Shown here: positions 1-11,585 of the stretch, piece after piece
Layout: every line of letters begins with the position of its first letter
How positions within the stretch are numbered: position 1 is the first letter of the stretch
NCBI GenBank assembly: GCA_963713865.1
Contig: OY970208.1
Coordinates: forward strand, 864,001-928,000
DNA: 64,000 nt
Direction of reading: 5' to 3'
Origin: an uncultured candidate division Zixibacteria bacterium
GTDB lineage: Bacteria > Zixibacteria > MSB-5A5 > RBG-16-43-9
Program-made: the position numbers and the translations under genes
Notes under the pieces: model-generated
What the model saw: only the letters and a program-made list of their open reading frames with translations
What the model was told of the DNA's origin: nothing
The model's database searches: none

Positions 1-125
1 AAAACTGTGGATTCATACTGGATAAACTCAGGACTTGATCAAAAAAAAAAGCATATCAGGTTTTTATTGGAGTGAAATTGTAGTTTGTCGTAGTGTCAAA
101 AGCTTCCTCCCGTTACCTGTAGTTT

Positions 126-488
126 GTAGCGGAAGGCTTCAGCCTTCCATTTTTCAAAATATATGGAAACCTGAAGATTTACGCTACTTTTTGCGACCCT
201 GAAAATTTATATTTTGTAGGAACAGGGCTTGTCCCTGTCCGAACATAAAAGGACAGCCACAAGGGCTGTCCCTACACCTGCGACCCTGATCCCGCTTACT
301 GCAGGACAAGCAGGGTCGCATTAAATTTGTTAGCATAAATTATTAGGGTAGACACATCGGTCTACCCCTACAATATAATCAAACGAATATCAAGGCAGGC
401 ACACGGTTCGACAAGCTCACCGTCTCTTCGAGCCTGAGCCTCAGAGCCGAAGGCCTGAGCAAGGTCGAAGGAGGGGGCCTGCCCCTAC
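126..488. repeat. Cluster of REP/REPIN-like GTAG...CTAC palindromes and TTCGACAAGCTCA/CTGAGC..GTCGAAG elements
   Basis: Paired imperfect inverted repeats, e.g. GTAGGAACAGGGCTTGTCCCTGTCC...GGACAGCCACAAGGGCTGTCCCTAC and GGGTAGAC..GTCTACCCCTAC. Confidence 0.75.
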
Positions 489-524
489 AATTTTTCGATC
501 TCCCAATCTAAATTTATTTTTTTA

Positions 525-553
525 TTGACAAGGTATGATTACTTTCGTAAAAT
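525..553 (+). promoter_or_regulatory. sigma70-type promoter of the kdsB operon
   Basis: TTGACA(525-530)-17 nt-TAAAAT(548-553). Confidence 0.75.
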
Positions 554-604
554 GTTTTTCGTATTAAAAAGGTTAATCAAAATAATTATAAAAAAATTTT
601 AGAT

Positions 605-2996
<2,392 letters not shown>

Positions 2997-3010
2997 TAAA
3001 CTCTTTCGCT

Positions 3011-3847
3011 ATGAAAAAAATAGTCAAGATAAAAGACATCCCTATTGGTCAGGGCTCTCCATTAGTTTTAATCGCTGGTCCCTGTGTTATCGAATCTGAA
3101 AGTTTAGTATTAGAAACTGCGGAGAAGATCAAAAAAATTGCCCAGGAACTGAAAATCCCTTTCATCTTTAAATCCTCTTACTCAAAAGCTAACCGCTTGA
3201 GTATCGATTCATATTCTGGACCAGGTTTGCAAAAAGGGTTAAAAATTTTAGAAAAGGTTAAAAAGGAATTTGATATTCCGGTTTTAACTGATATTCATAT
3301 ACCGGATGAGGCTGTTCCGGTTTCAGAGGTGGTAGATGTTTTGCAGATCCCTGCATTCTTGTGCAGGCAGACGGATTTGATTATTGCTGCAGCCAAGACT
3401 GGAAAAACTTTGAATATCAAAAAAGGGCAATTTATGGCGCCTGAGGACATGGATTTAATTGCAAAAAAAGCTCTTTCGGTTGGAAATGATCAGGTTTTAT
3501 TAACAGAAAGGGGGACAAGCTTTGGCTATCATAATTTAGTGGTCGATTTCCGTTCTCTGGTAATAATGAAAGACCTGGGTTATCCAGTGGTCTTCGATGC
3601 CACCCATTCACTTCAATTACCGGGTGCAGGGAAGACTTTTTCTGGAGGGGAACCTCAGTTTATCTTCCCTCTGGCTCGGGGAGCAGTTGCCTGCGGCTGC
3701 GATGCTTTATTTATTGAAACCCATCCAAGAATTGAGGAAGCACTCTGCGATAAAAGCAATATGCTCCCGCTGGGAAAGTTAGAAAAGCTCTTGGCTCAGA
3801 TAAAAATGATTGATGAGCACAGAAGGAGCTGGTTAAAGGAGGATTAA
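3011..3847 (+). CDS. kdsA: KDO8P synthase
   Basis: IAGPCVIES, KANR, QIPAFLCRQTDL, NIKKGQF, FDATHS. Confidence 0.97.
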   Translation: MKKIVKIKDIPIGQGSPLVLIAGPCVIESESLVLETAEKIKKIAQELKIPFIFKSSYSKANRLSIDSYSGPGLQKGLKILEKVKKEFDIPVLTDIHIPDEAVPVSEVVDVLQIPAFLCRQTDLIIAAAKTGKTLNIKKGQFMAPEDMDLIAKKALSVGNDQVLLTERGTSFGYHNLVVDFRSLVIMKDLGYPVVFDATHSLQLPGAGKTFSGGEPQFIFPLARGAVACGCDALFIETHPRIEEALCDKSNMLPLGKLEKLLAQIKMIDEHRRSWLKED

Positions 3848-3851
3848 AATC

Positions 3852-4370
3852 ATAAATTCCAGTTTTAAGAAAAAATTAAGAAAGGTCAAATTAATTTTAC
3901 TGGATGTAGACGGGGTTTTGACGGATAATTGTGTTTATATAGGGGATGATGGTAAGGAGATTAAAAGATTCAGTGTCGCAGATGGTCTGGGGATATTTTT
4001 CGCCAGGAAGGCGGGGATTAAGGTTGGTTTTCTTTCAGGGAGGGAATCTGCAGCAGCAAAGGTGCGGGGAGAGGAATTAGGGGTGAAGGAGATTCATCTG
4101 GGGATCTGGAATAAATTGAAAACTTATGAAGAGATAAAAAAAAGATTAAAATTGAAAGATGAGGAAATTCTTTATATGGGGGATGACCTCTGGGATTATG
4201 AGGTTTTCAAAAAGGCCGGGGTACCAGTAGGAGTTAAAAATGGTGACAAAAGGATAAATCGATTAGCTCTCCATGTAACTGAAAAAAAAGGCGGTGAGGG
4301 CGCGGTGAGAGAAGTTATTGATTTAATCCTAGAGAGTAGAAAAATAAACCCATTGAGGTTTTTAAGATGA
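3852..4370 (+). CDS. kdsC: KDO8P phosphatase (HAD family); true start lies upstream of the TTG at 3918
   Basis: The frame extends upstream to give KVKLILLDVDGVLTD (HAD motif I); GDD and GGEGAVRE motifs; start placed tentatively at ATA 3852 behind AAGGAGG. Confidence 0.9.
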   Translation: MNSSFKKKLRKVKLILLDVDGVLTDNCVYIGDDGKEIKRFSVADGLGIFFARKAGIKVGFLSGRESAAAKVRGEELGVKEIHLGIWNKLKTYEEIKKRLKLKDEEILYMGDDLWDYEVFKKAGVPVGVKNGDKRINRLALHVTEKKGGEGAVREVIDLILESRKINPLRFLR

Positions 4371-5326
4371 TAATCGAAAAAGCAAAAGAGGTTATCCGCA
4401 AAGAGGCAGAGGCGGTCCTAAATTTAGAGAAGAAGATCAACTCAGAATTCCAGAAAGCAGTGGAGATGGTTTTAAAATGTAAAGGGAGGGTGATTGTTAC
4501 CGGCATGGGTAAATCCGGGTTAATCGGTAAAAAGATCGCGGCTACTTTAGCCTCAACCGGGACCTCAGCCATCTTTTTACACCCGGTAGAAGGGCTACAT
4601 GGTGATTTAGGAATAGTGCGTAGAGATGATGTGGTAATTGCTATTACCAAAAGTGGTGAGACCGAAGAGTTACAACAGCTCTTTCCATTATTTAAAAGGT
4701 TAGGGGTACCCATAATTAGCTTGACCGGTAACCCTAAATCTCCAGCCGCAGAGAAAAGTGATGTAGTAATCGATGTTTCCGTAGACGAAGAAGCTTGTCC
4801 TAATAATTTAGTCCCTACCTCCAGCACAACCGCGGCACTGGTTATGGGAGATGCCTTAGCTATTGCACTTTTAGAGGAAAGGCATTTTTCGGCTGAAGAT
4901 TTTGCCCTGCTCCATCCAGGTGGTTATTTAGGGAAAAGATTGCTTTTGAAAGTGAAAGATATAATGCATACCGGAACTGATATTCCAATAATCTCCGAAG
5001 ATGCAAATATGAAAGAGGTGATCTTAGAGATGACCTCTAAAAGATTTGGTACCACTACAATAGTCAATGAGAAAAAAGAGTTAGTGGGAATATTCACCGA
5101 TGGTGATCTGAGGAGATTAGTGGAAAAAACTGAGGAGATCTTCAAGCTAAAAGCCAGGGAGGTTATGACCAGGAATCCAAAAACAATAAGTGAAGAGGAG
5201 CTGGCTGCCAAAGCCTTAAACCGGATGGAGTTCTATAACATAACCTGCCTGATTGTTCCCGATGGGAAAAAAGAGCCGATTGGGATTTTACATCTGCATG
5301 ATCTTTTAAAAGCCGGAGTGGTATAA
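4367..5326 (+). CDS. kdsD: Arabinose-5-phosphate isomerase (KpsF/GutQ; SIS + CBS pair)
   Basis: TGMGKSG, HGDLG, PTSSTTA, HPGG, GIFTDGDLRR. Confidence 0.96.
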   Translation: MIIEKAKEVIRKEAEAVLNLEKKINSEFQKAVEMVLKCKGRVIVTGMGKSGLIGKKIAATLASTGTSAIFLHPVEGLHGDLGIVRRDDVVIAITKSGETEELQQLFPLFKRLGVPIISLTGNPKSPAAEKSDVVIDVSVDEEACPNNLVPTSSTTAALVMGDALAIALLEERHFSAEDFALLHPGGYLGKRLLLKVKDIMHTGTDIPIISEDANMKEVILEMTSKRFGTTTIVNEKKELVGIFTDGDLRRLVEKTEEIFKLKAREVMTRNPKTISEEELAAKALNRMEFYNITCLIVPDGKKEPIGILHLHDLLKAGVV

Positions 5327-5339
5327 TCTTAAAATTTAG

Positions 5340-6290
5340 ATGGTGAAAATTCCTTGGTTAAAACTCAAGAAAAGATTAAAGAATTGGTTTATCTTCAAAT
5401 TTATAACCTTCTTAATCTTCTTTTTAAATCTATCCCCTCGTAAATTTTCACTTTTCTTTGGGGCAAGCTTGGGGAGATTAGCTTATCTTATTCTACCTGA
5501 GGCTCGCAAGATAACTTTTAAAAATCTTAAGATGGCTTTTCCTCAATTAAATACAAACAGTTACAAGAAAATCTCCTTAAAAGTATTTGAGAGCCTGGGC
5601 AGAAACTCTGTTGATGCGATCAGGCTACCGAAAATGAATTGGGAAGAAATTCAAAAGATAGTTAAAGTAGAAGGTATAGAGCATCTTGAAAAAGCCTACT
5701 CGTTGGGGAAAGGGGTAATAGGAGTTACAGGGCATATCGGTAACTTCGAGCTTTTAGCTGCTTATGTATCCCTGCGGGGGTACAAACTCTCAGCCATAGG
5801 TCGGGAGCTTTATGATCCCAGGCTGAACGAGCTTTTAATTAAGAACAGACAGAAAGTTGGAGTGCAAAATATCTATTCAACTGCAAGTGCAAAAGAAGTA
5901 ATCAAGGTTCTGAACTCAGGCAGAATGATAGGAGTTCTAATGGATCAGGATACTTCGAGAGTAAGGGGGATTTTTGTGAAATTTTTCGGCAGATTAGCCC
6001 GGACTCCAGTTGGTCCTGCAATTTTAGCTTTGAGATTCAACTCCCCGATTGTGCCTATGGCTATAGTTCAAACCAGAAAAGGGGATTATAAAATAATAAT
6101 CCAGGAGGAGATTAAGCCTCTTTCGGATAAAACCAGCGAAGAAAATATCCATTATCTTACCCAGAGAAGCACCGATTTTTTGGAGGGGATAATCAGAGAA
6201 TATCCGGACCAATGGGTCTGGATGCATAAACGCTGGCTCAGAAGTCCAGATAGCATCCGAAATCTGGATCCTTTGGACTTGAAAAAATAA
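5340..6290 (+). CDS. lpxL: Lipid A late acyltransferase (LpxL/HtrB family)
   Basis: GHIGNFE, DQD, PDQWVWMHKRW; Kdo/LPS operon context. Confidence 0.85.
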   Translation: MVKIPWLKLKKRLKNWFIFKFITFLIFFLNLSPRKFSLFFGASLGRLAYLILPEARKITFKNLKMAFPQLNTNSYKKISLKVFESLGRNSVDAIRLPKMNWEEIQKIVKVEGIEHLEKAYSLGKGVIGVTGHIGNFELLAAYVSLRGYKLSAIGRELYDPRLNELLIKNRQKVGVQNIYSTASAKEVIKVLNSGRMIGVLMDQDTSRVRGIFVKFFGRLARTPVGPAILALRFNSPIVPMAIVQTRKGDYKIIIQEEIKPLSDKTSEENIHYLTQRSTDFLEGIIREYPDQWVWMHKRWLRSPDSIRNLDPLDLKK

Positions 6291-6318
6291 AAATATGATA
6301 TAACTTATACAGATTTGT

Positions 6319-6870
6319 ATGGACAAAAAGATAATTCTACTTATATTTCTTTTAGGGTTAAGTCAGGTCTTTAGCTGCAAGGAGGAAAACCAGAAAAAAG
6401 CTCAAAAGACAAGAACTTATCCGGACCAGGTGGTGGAGAATACCAGTATGGTCTTTACCCAGAATGGTGTAAAATCAGCTGAGATAAAGGTAGAATATTT
6501 AGAGAAGTACGAAAAGGAAGATCTTTCCAGAGGAAAGGTGATCTTTGCGGATATTTACGACCGTGAAGGTAAGCATATTTCCACCATACAGGCTGATTCT
6601 GGCTGGATAAAGGAGAAAAGACAGGAGCTTATGGTTTTAGGGGATGTGGTGGTTAAGACTGATCAGGGGATGATCCTTGAGACCCAGAGCCTTAGCTGGA
6701 ATCCCCGGTCTAATAAGGTTACAACAGAGGATTTTGTAAAAATAACCAAGGGAAAAGATGTAATAACCGGTTATGGCTTAGAGGCTGACCAGGAACTAAA
6801 AGAACTCAAGATTAAAAAAGAGGTTAAAGGTAAGATAAAAGAGGTGCCCAAGGAAGAGATTGGAGGATAG
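6319..6870 (+). CDS. lptC: LPS export ABC transporter periplasmic protein LptC
   Basis: Lipoprotein-like signal (FSC), LETQSLSW and ITGYGLEAD jellyroll motifs, directly upstream of lptB. Confidence 0.85.
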   Translation: MDKKIILLIFLLGLSQVFSCKEENQKKAQKTRTYPDQVVENTSMVFTQNGVKSAEIKVEYLEKYEKEDLSRGKVIFADIYDREGKHISTIQADSGWIKEKRQELMVLGDVVVKTDQGMILETQSLSWNPRSNKVTTEDFVKITKGKDVITGYGLEADQELKELKIKKEVKGKIKEVPKEEIGG

Positions 6871-6890
6871 AAAACTGGAATATAAGGCAT

Positions 6891-6951
6891 TGGAGTGTAA
6901 GACCTTAGTTTTACATAAATTAATAGTATCTACCTAAAGGTTTATACTCCA
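6891..6951. repeat. TGGAGTGTAA...TTATACTCCA inverted-repeat element (second copy at 26051-26140)
   Basis: Shared terminal inverted repeats at both loci. Confidence 0.7.
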
Positions 6952-6989
6952 TAGTGCTTCCATAATTGCTCTTAGCAAATAATGAGAAT

Positions 6990-7715
6990 ATGCAGATATT
7001 AAGAACAGAAGATTTGATTAAGATCTATAAACACCGTAAAGTGGTGAATGAGGTTTCTATTGAAGTCAAGCAGGGAGAAGTGGTAGGCCTTTTGGGACCC
7101 AATGGAGCCGGGAAAACCACTACCTTTTATATGTTCATCGGCTTTATTAAACCTAATTCAGGTAAGGTCTTAATCGATTTCGAGGATATAACTAATTTTC
7201 CAATGTATAAAAGGGCTCAAAAGGGGATAGGGTATCTTTCCCAGGAGCCTTCTATATTCAGAAAATTAACAGTTGAAGAGAATATACTGGCAATCTTAGA
7301 AATGCAAAAGTTAGATAGAAAAAAGCGTAGGATTAGATTGGAAGGATTGTTAAATGAGCTGAATATCGAATCATTAGCTAAGAATAAAGCCTATACCCTT
7401 TCAGGTGGAGAAAGGAGAAGGGTTGAAATAACCCGGGCTTTAGTTACTGAGCCAAAGTTCATGCTTTTAGATGAGCCTTTTTTAGGAATTGATCCGATAG
7501 CAGTTGAGGATATTCAGAAGATAATCTTCAGGTTAAAACAGAAAAACTTAGGGATCCTGATTACCGACCATAATGTCAGGGAGACCTTAGCCATAACTGA
7601 TAGAGCCTATATAATGTGTGATGGTCAGATATTGAAATCCGGCACCTCAGAATTCTTAGCCTCTGATCCGGAGGCAAAAAAAATCTATTTAGGTGAGAGG
7701 TTCAGGTTAAATTGA
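6990..7715 (+). CDS. lptB: LPS export ABC transporter ATP-binding protein
   Basis: [42 protein letters not shown]. Confidence 0.96.
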   Translation: MQILRTEDLIKIYKHRKVVNEVSIEVKQGEVVGLLGPNGAGKTTTFYMFIGFIKPNSGKVLIDFEDITNFPMYKRAQKGIGYLSQEPSIFRKLTVEENILAILEMQKLDRKKRRIRLEGLLNELNIESLAKNKAYTLSGGERRRVEITRALVTEPKFMLLDEPFLGIDPIAVEDIQKIIFRLKQKNLGILITDHNVRETLAITDRAYIMCDGQILKSGTSEFLASDPEAKKIYLGERFRLN

Positions 7716-7765
7716 ATAGCGATTTAATCCGATAAAAGATTAGGGAGAAACCATAAAATAAAGAT

Positions 7766-9214
7766 ATGAAATTAGGTTTACAGGTAAAGCTTAGACAAAC
7801 CATTGCCCCTCAACTGATTCAGTCCTTAAAGCTTTTGCAGATGCCCCTCCTCAAGTTAGAGCAGCTCTTACGTCAGGAGCTTTCAGTTAATCCCTTGTTA
7901 GAAGAGGTTGAAACTTCAGAGGACATAGAGACCCCCCCTTCTGAAAAGGAAACAGAAATCGACCCTCAGTTAGGTAAGATAGACTGGGGTGAGTATTTAG
8001 GCGAAGAGAGTGAGTTCAGGGTAAGGGGAGAAAAAGAAGAACAGGAGGATAAAAGGGAAAGACCAACTGTAGTGGAGAAAACTTTAGGCGAGTACCTTAT
8101 GGAACAGCTTAATTTTAACAAGCTGAGTGAGGATGAGCACCGGATCGGAGAATACATAATTGGCAATATAGATGAAAATGGATACCTTTCCTGTTCATTA
8201 GAGGAAATAATTGAAGCGTTGAAGGTGGATCCGGAGGTTGCTAAAAAGGTACTTAAGCTGATTCAGAGTTTTGATCCCTTAGGGGTTGGGGCAAGGGATT
8301 TAAGAGAATCGCTTCTTATCCAGCTTAAAGAGAGGGGGCTGGAGCAAAGCTTAGCTTATCGGATTGTAGACCAGTATCTGAATGAGCTGGACAAAAAAAG
8401 CCTTACTCAGTTAGCCAGGTCTTCAGGGGCAGAGTTTGAAGAGGTACAGAAAGCTATGGATGTCATTCGGACCCTTTCTCCTAAACCTGCGGCCGGAAGG
8501 TTTGTGAATGCAGCTTTTCCTTTAGTTCCAAACCTGATTGTGGAAAAGGTGGGGAACGAGTTTCTGGTCTTCCATAACGATAAGAATATTCCCCGGATGA
8601 GAGTTAACCCGGCATATAAAGAACTTTTGAGAAAAAATAATTTAACCAGTTCTGAGACAAAGGATTATGTGAAGAAAAAATTAGAACAGGCTCGCTGGCT
8701 TTTAAATGCTATAAATCAACGCCGTTCTACAATGGTAAATGTTATGGGTTCAATCATAGAAGAACAGAAGGAATTCTTCGAAAAGGGACCAGAATATTTA
8801 AAGCCCTTGACCATGGAAGCTATAGCCAATAGATTGAATATGAATGTGGCAACTGTTTCGCGGGTCTCAAACGATAAATATGTCCAAACCCCCCATGGTT
8901 TATTTGAGATCAGATATTTCTTTAACTCCGGATTGACCAAAGATGATGGACAGGAGATTTCCAAGCGACATATCAAAAGTATGTTAGAACTGATAATCAA
9001 GGAAGAAAGCCCTGCTACCCCTTTATCTGACAGGGAGATCCATACTCTGCTTAAAAAAAAAGGGATCAATTTAGCTCGCAGGACTGTAACCAAATATCGG
9101 GAGGAGCTCAAGCTCCTTCCAGCTCGTTTCCGAAAAAGGGTGACCAAAGAAAAAAACAAACTTTTAGAAAAAGAAGAGGAAAAGACCAACTCCTCCCCGG
9201 ATGGGACAAGTTGA
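7766..9214 (+). CDS. rpoN: RNA polymerase sigma-54 factor
   Basis: Q/L-rich region I; RpoN box ARRTVTKYRE. Confidence 0.97.
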   Translation: MKLGLQVKLRQTIAPQLIQSLKLLQMPLLKLEQLLRQELSVNPLLEEVETSEDIETPPSEKETEIDPQLGKIDWGEYLGEESEFRVRGEKEEQEDKRERPTVVEKTLGEYLMEQLNFNKLSEDEHRIGEYIIGNIDENGYLSCSLEEIIEALKVDPEVAKKVLKLIQSFDPLGVGARDLRESLLIQLKERGLEQSLAYRIVDQYLNELDKKSLTQLARSSGAEFEEVQKAMDVIRTLSPKPAAGRFVNAAFPLVPNLIVEKVGNEFLVFHNDKNIPRMRVNPAYKELLRKNNLTSSETKDYVKKKLEQARWLLNAINQRRSTMVNVMGSIIEEQKEFFEKGPEYLKPLTMEAIANRLNMNVATVSRVSNDKYVQTPHGLFEIRYFFNSGLTKDDGQEISKRHIKSMLELIIKEESPATPLSDREIHTLLKKKGINLARRTVTKYREELKLLPARFRKRVTKEKNKLLEKEEEKTNSSPDGTS

Positions 9215-9289
9215 ATTTATTTACCGGTTTTAGGTTCACCCATCAAGGTAAATCAGGCCAACCGATGGAAAAAAGAAAGGAGCATTTAT

Positions 9290-9640
9290 ATGGAAGTAAG
9301 GACTACTGCCCGGCATTTCGAATTGACTAAAGAGCTCAAAGATTTAGTTAATAAAGAGATAAACCGTTTAGAGAGATATTACGATCAGATCATCGACTCA
9401 CATCTGATCTTAGAAGCAGAGGGATACAGAAAAAGCGCTGAATTGAATTTAAAAGTCTATGGCACAGTACTTATCAGCCGGCACAGCTCAGATGATTTCC
9501 GAACTTCGATCGAAGGGTCTTTAGAGAAGATGGAAAGACAGCTTAAAAAATATAAATCCAAGTTAAAGGAAAGAAAATTTCGTGAGAGGAAAAGGGGTAA
9601 AACTTTAGTGCACCTTCCCTCAAGTTCTGAGGAAGAATAA
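9290..9640 (+). CDS. hpf: Ribosome hibernation promoting factor (RaiA/HPF)
   Basis: TARHFELT, KMERQLKKYK; downstream of rpoN. Confidence 0.9.
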   Translation: MEVRTTARHFELTKELKDLVNKEINRLERYYDQIIDSHLILEAEGYRKSAELNLKVYGTVLISRHSSDDFRTSIEGSLEKMERQLKKYKSKLKERKFRERKRGKTLVHLPSSSEEE

Positions 9641-9652
9641 GTTTTAAAAAAG

Positions 9653-10621
9653 ATGGAAAATATCGAAGTTGAAAAGCTTTACAAAGAGAGAAAAGATTTC
9701 TTAGAGCTTAACCTTTTGAATAGCGAAGAGGGGCTCAAAAAGAAGATCTTAAATAATGAGATTCACCGACCAGGCTTAGCCCTTTCCGGATACACGGACA
9801 GGTTTGCTCACGAGAGAACCCAGGTTATGGGTGAGACTGAGATTACTTTTCTTCAGAGCTTAGATCAAACTAAAAGAAGAGATCTTTTAGAGAAAGTCTT
9901 TCGCTTCGATATCCCTTGTATCATTATCTCTAAGAATATCTACCCTCCTTCGGACCTGCTTGAGATAGCGGATCGGACCAAAACGCCGGTTTTTCAGTCG
10001 CGTCTTTCCACAACTGAACTAACTAACCGGTTAAGCCTTTACCTGGATAATATCTTTGCTCCTAATACCACCATGCATGGAACTCTGGTGGATGTTTACG
10101 GGGTAGGGTTATTCTACACTGGCAAAAGTGGCATCGGTAAGAGCGAATGCGCTCTGGATTTAGTTGAGAGAGGACATCGACTGGTAGCAGATGATGTAGT
10201 CCAGATTATCCGAAAGACACCTGAGGTCATCGTGGGTACGGGAAGCGAGCTTTTGGGCCATCATATGGAGATCAGAGGTGTGGGGATAATAGATCTGGAG
10301 AGGCTTTTTGGAATCAGGGCAGTCAGAATTCAGAAAAGGATTGAGGTTGAGGTTAGATTGGTCTTGTGGAGGGATGATTTGGAATATGAGAGATTAGGGA
10401 TTGAGAATAAGTTTACCCGTATCTTAGGTGTGGAAATCCCGGTAGTTACCATCCCGATCTCTCCAGGAAAGAACATTACCGTGATCTCTGAGGTAATTGC
10501 GATGAATCATATGTTGAAAATTTACGGGCAGGATCCGGCAAAGGAATTCTCTAGAAAACTTTCAGAGGAGATCTCCCGGAAAAAGCTGGTGAGCGACTAT
10601 TTAGAGAGCGATATGGAATAG
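9653..10621 (+). CDS. hprK: HPr(Ser) kinase/phosphorylase
   Basis: RPGLAL.G, GKSGIGKSECALDLVERGHRLVADD, MEIRGVGII. Confidence 0.96.
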   Translation: MENIEVEKLYKERKDFLELNLLNSEEGLKKKILNNEIHRPGLALSGYTDRFAHERTQVMGETEITFLQSLDQTKRRDLLEKVFRFDIPCIIISKNIYPPSDLLEIADRTKTPVFQSRLSTTELTNRLSLYLDNIFAPNTTMHGTLVDVYGVGLFYTGKSGIGKSECALDLVERGHRLVADDVVQIIRKTPEVIVGTGSELLGHHMEIRGVGIIDLERLFGIRAVRIQKRIEVEVRLVLWRDDLEYERLGIENKFTRILGVEIPVVTIPISPGKNITVISEVIAMNHMLKIYGQDPAKEFSRKLSEEISRKKLVSDYLESDME

Positions 10622-10645
10622 AAAAGGTCAACGATAATAGAAGAA

Positions 10646-10675
10646 AAGTGCCCGAAGAAAGGGCATTTATTTTTT
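10646..10675 (+). terminator. Probable intrinsic terminator after hprK
   Basis: AAGTGCCC-loop-GGGCATTT followed by a T-run. Confidence 0.55.
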
Positions 10676-10688
10676 GCAAGGGAAGAAG

Positions 10689-11585
10689 ATGGACAATCGA
10701 ACAATCGAGCTAAGAGTAGGAATTGTAGTGGCGATAGCAACAATTATACTTTTCGCCGGGATCATCTGGTTAAAGGAGTATAAGTACAATGTTGAGAGGT
10801 ACAGATATTCAGTCCTTTTCCCAAATGTTGGAGCTTTAACGGTGGGTGATCCGGTAACCGTTTTAGGAGTGGCTAAAGGAAAGATAGAGAGAATTGTTCT
10901 CTCCGGCGGCGATGTACTGGTAACTTTAAATCTGACCACAGATGTGAAACTGAAAACGGATGCAAAGTTTACGGTAATGAATATCGGGTTGATGGGAGAG
11001 AGGTTTGTGGATGTATCGCCTGGCCATTCCCCAGAGCTTCTGGACCTCTCGAAACCGGTTAAAGGTTTCTATGATACCGGAATCCCGGAGATGATGGGGA
11101 TGTCCGGACAGATGTTAGATGAGGTCAGGAGATTGGTGGCTCATTTAGAAGGGGTCTTTGGAACCCAATGGTCGCAGGAATCCATAAAGGGGACGATCCG
11201 GGATTTAAAGCAGTTATCCGGAGAGCTGGTCAGACTACTGGATAAAAATAAAGACAAATTGGAAAAGACTGCAGATGACCTGTCCTATACCTCTTCAGAG
11301 CTTAAGGGGCTGATGGAGAAGAATAAAGGAAAAATTCAATCCTCAGTGGATAATTTTACCACTGCTTCAGCTAAATTAGATACTCTTACTACTACCTTGA
11401 GCTCGTTTTCGGTTTCTTTAAAGAATTTGACTCAGAAGATCGAATCCGGGGAAGGGACATTAGGAAAACTGGTGAATGACAGCACACTTTATATTGATCT
11501 TAAGAGAACTACCACGAACGTGGATGAGTTAATTACCGATATAAAAAAACACCCTAAAAGATATTTAAAGTTTAGCCTGTTTTGA
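10689..11585 (+). CDS. MCE/MlaD family protein
   Basis: ELRVG TM segment, L.VGDPV...GV..G.I, GLMGERFV, GEGTLGKL, DIKKHPKRY tail. Confidence 0.9.
   Translation: MDNRTIELRVGIVVAIATIILFAGIIWLKEYKYNVERYRYSVLFPNVGALTVGDPVTVLGVAKGKIERIVLSGGDVLVTLNLTTDVKLKTDAKFTVMNIGLMGERFVDVSPGHSPELLDLSKPVKGFYDTGIPEMMGMSGQMLDEVRRLVAHLEGVFGTQWSQESIKGTIRDLKQLSGELVRLLDKNKDKLEKTADDLSYTSSELKGLMEKNKGKIQSSVDNFTTASAKLDTLTTTLSSFSVSLKNLTQKIESGEGTLGKLVNDSTLYIDLKRTTTNVDELITDIKKHPKRYLKFSLF

Noticed and set aside
1-83. 3' end of an upstream gene with an A10 run
   Set aside because: Too short to assign a frame or product
9222-9270. Hairpin upstream of hpf as a raiA-motif RNA
   Set aside because: The intergenic region is only 75 nt, too short for the known motif, and the pairing is imperfect
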